NCBI GenBank assembly: GCA_965233585.1
Contig: CBDDTI010000746.1
Span: 384,001 to 448,000 of the forward strand
Direction of reading: 5' to 3'
Source of the DNA: a bacterium
Lineage (GTDB): Bacteria > SAR324 > NAC60-12
DNA length: 64,000 nucleotides
Below, one piece after another: positions 62,115 to 64,000 of this stretch (its first letter is position 1; every line of letters starts with the position of its first letter). A model generated the notes under the pieces. That model did not search any database. It had not been told where the DNA came from and saw nothing but the letters and a program-made list of their open reading frames with translations. A program made the translations under genes and the position numbers.

Positions 62115-64000
62115 ATGAAACTCAATTATTATCTCTTCTCAATCCTTTTTCTAATCAGCTTCGTTTTAGATGGATTCAGTCTAGCTTTTGGTGAGAAGTT
62201 GTTGTTGAAAGAAGAAACAAGGTATCCGATTGAAAAACAGCATTTAGAATTTTTGGAAGACCCCAGCAATCAGCTCAGTATCATTGATGTTTTGCAGAGG
62301 TCAACAGACTTCCAAGATGCCCCTGCAACTCCCCTTAACTTTGGCTTAAGCAAATCTACTTATTGGCTGAGGATAGACCTCCAAAATTTTATAGGAACTG
62401 CTCAAAGAACAGACTGGGTTTTGGTGATTAGAAACCCTTTTTTGAAAAAAGCATCGGTGTATTTGGTAGGGAGGTCTTTATGGGGTTCAGGTGATTTGAT
62501 CAGTTTTCGTGGCTTAACCAAGCATCTCCTTAACTACCGTTTCCCCTCTGTCATTTTGGATCTCAAAATCGCTGAAGAGAATACACTTTACATTCAAGTC
62601 CAATCACACGGTGAGGTTTATTATCCTATCTATTTAACATCCCATCATCAGCTGATGGACCTCTCACGCACCGAAAACACCATCTTTGGTATCACAGTAG
62701 GTGCTGTTCTTTTGGTGATTGTCTCCTCATTTTTTCTATTTCTTTCCACTAAAAAATCTGTCTTTTTGTGCATGATTTTATATTCAGCTCTCATCCCTGC
62801 AACAAGTTATATGCAAGTAGGATACATGCAGTTCTTCTTGCCAGATACTTGGTATGGACAGAGTGGTGTTTTGTTTACTTCCCTAGTTTTTCTGGCGATG
62901 GCAAGTATTTACCTGTTTGCCATCGTCTTTTTAGAGTTGCCCAAGCAGTATCCCAAACTCACACTCATCTTCAAAGGCTTCCTCATCCTGTCTTTGGCAT
63001 TTAGTGTCATTCCATTTTTCAATCTACACTTTTCGGTGGTTCTAGCGGTTGTGACTTCGTCCTTGATGATTGTGAATGTGACGGTGACTTGTCTTCACAT
63101 CTTCAGGTCTAAAGCCCCAAATCGTAGGGAGGCTATCCGTTATCTGGTCACTTGGAGTCCCATTGCTTCAGTCATTGTAGCCAAAATTGTAGTGCTTGTA
63201 GGGATTCCTGTGCCGGAGGTGATTATAGAAAACAATACGTCTTTTGGCATCTTAGTTCATGTGTATTTAGTGATGTTCCTGCTTTTGATGCGAGTCAAAG
63301 CAATGGAAAGAGATAGAATCAGGGCAAACGAAGAAGTGAATAAGCTGCTAGATGCCTTCCGGGTCTTTGTCCCTGCAAAAATCTTAGACACTGCAGAACA
63401 TCACTCTGCCTCTATCAACATCAATCAATCTTACGAGGAGTTCATCACCTTGTTTTTTGCTGACATGCGGGGATTTACCGAAATTTCAGAGTCCATGCTT
63501 CCGGGTACTTTGATGAGATTCCTCAACCTTTACTTTCAAAGGTTTCACAGAGTCACTGCCAAACATGGAGGAGTGATTGACAAATACATTGGCGATGCTG
63601 CCATGGTGATTTATGGCTCACACGATGCACGACCTTCAGAGTCTGCAGGAGCCTCTTTAGCATCTGCTGTGGGCTTGCAAGACAAGCTCCAACGTTACTC
63701 AAGAAAATGGGGTTCAAAGCATCTGATTCCCCAAATGGGCATCGGGATTCACAGTGGGCAAGTGATTATGGGAACAGTTGGTTCAACAAATAGAAAAGAT
63801 TTTACAGTCATTGGGGACGCTGTCAATGTTGCTGCAAGACTAGAATCCCTCACCAAATACTATGGTGTCAAAGTGTTACTCACTGAAACAACTTACCGAC
63901 TTTTGGATGACAAAAACAACATTCGTTTTGTAGATCACATTGCTGTTTATGGAAAAACCGAACCCACAAAGATTTATCAACGACTCATTTATGAAGAAAT
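62115..64000 (+). CDS. 7TM-DISM-type adenylate cyclase, copy 3, runs off the window end (absent from the ORF track)
   Basis: ATG 62115 MKLNYYLF...; same cyclase motifs; frame consistent to the window end (...QRLIYEE). Confidence 0.88.
   Translation, partial: MKLNYYLFSILFLISFVLDGFSLAFGEKLLLKEETRYPIEKQHLEFLEDPSNQLSIIDVLQRSTDFQDAPATPLNFGLSKSTYWLRIDLQNFIGTAQRTDWVLVIRNPFLKKASVYLVGRSLWGSGDLISFRGLTKHLLNYRFPSVILDLKIAEENTLYIQVQSHGEVYYPIYLTSHHQLMDLSRTENTIFGITVGAVLLVIVSSFFLFLSTKKSVFLCMILYSALIPATSYMQVGYMQFFLPDTWYGQSGVLFTSLVFLAMASIYLFAIVFLELPKQYPKLTLIFKGFLILSLAFSVIPFFNLHFSVVLAVVTSSLMIVNVTVTCLHIFRSKAPNRREAIRYLVTWSPIASVIVAKIVVLVGIPVPEVIIENNTSFGILVHVYLVMFLLLMRVKAMERDRIRANEEVNKLLDAFRVFVPAKILDTAEHHSASININQSYEEFITLFFADMRGFTEISESMLPGTLMRFLNLYFQRFHRVTAKHGGVIDKYIGDAAMVIYGSHDARPSESAGASLASAVGLQDKLQRYSRKWGSKHLIPQMGIGIHSGQVIMGTVGSTNRKDFTVIGDAVNVAARLESLTKYYGVKVLLTETTYRLLDDKNNIRFVDHIAVYGKTEPTKIYQRLIYEE

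Overview
AT-rich chromosomal window from a Gram-negative bacterium; the gene content suggests a delta-proteobacterial/SAR324-like lineage, which is inference only. Most of it is shuffled housekeeping genes: pyk, serS, pilB/gspE, trpB, murI, kdsB, truA, trxA, metE, metF, lpxL-like, larB, carA, tRNA-Pro, fliM, rng, pdxJ, lpxH, purA, nuoI and thyX. There are four accessory patches. (1) At 2.5-7.8 kb, two unrelated beta-propeller lipoproteins share a homologous promoter, 5'UTR and 45-aa lipoprotein leader, and are bracketed by composite REP-like palindromes. (2) A galactoside ABC/GH42 operon is interrupted by a beta-galactosidase remnant plus an AhpD/CMD gene, and by a TaqI-family restriction-modification pair. 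By manual reading, TCGA occurs only once in 64 kb, inside the endonuclease gene. (3) A methyltransferase-GT2 fusion is followed by a 155-bp tandem duplication and an FGE-domain lipoprotein. (4) A tandem array of at least three 7TM-DISM-type adenylate cyclases has diverging sensor halves and near-identical catalytic halves. truA appears frameshifted. No CRISPR array, rRNA, transposase, integrase or reverse transcriptase was seen. All calls come from reading the sequence and recalling motifs; no searches were run.
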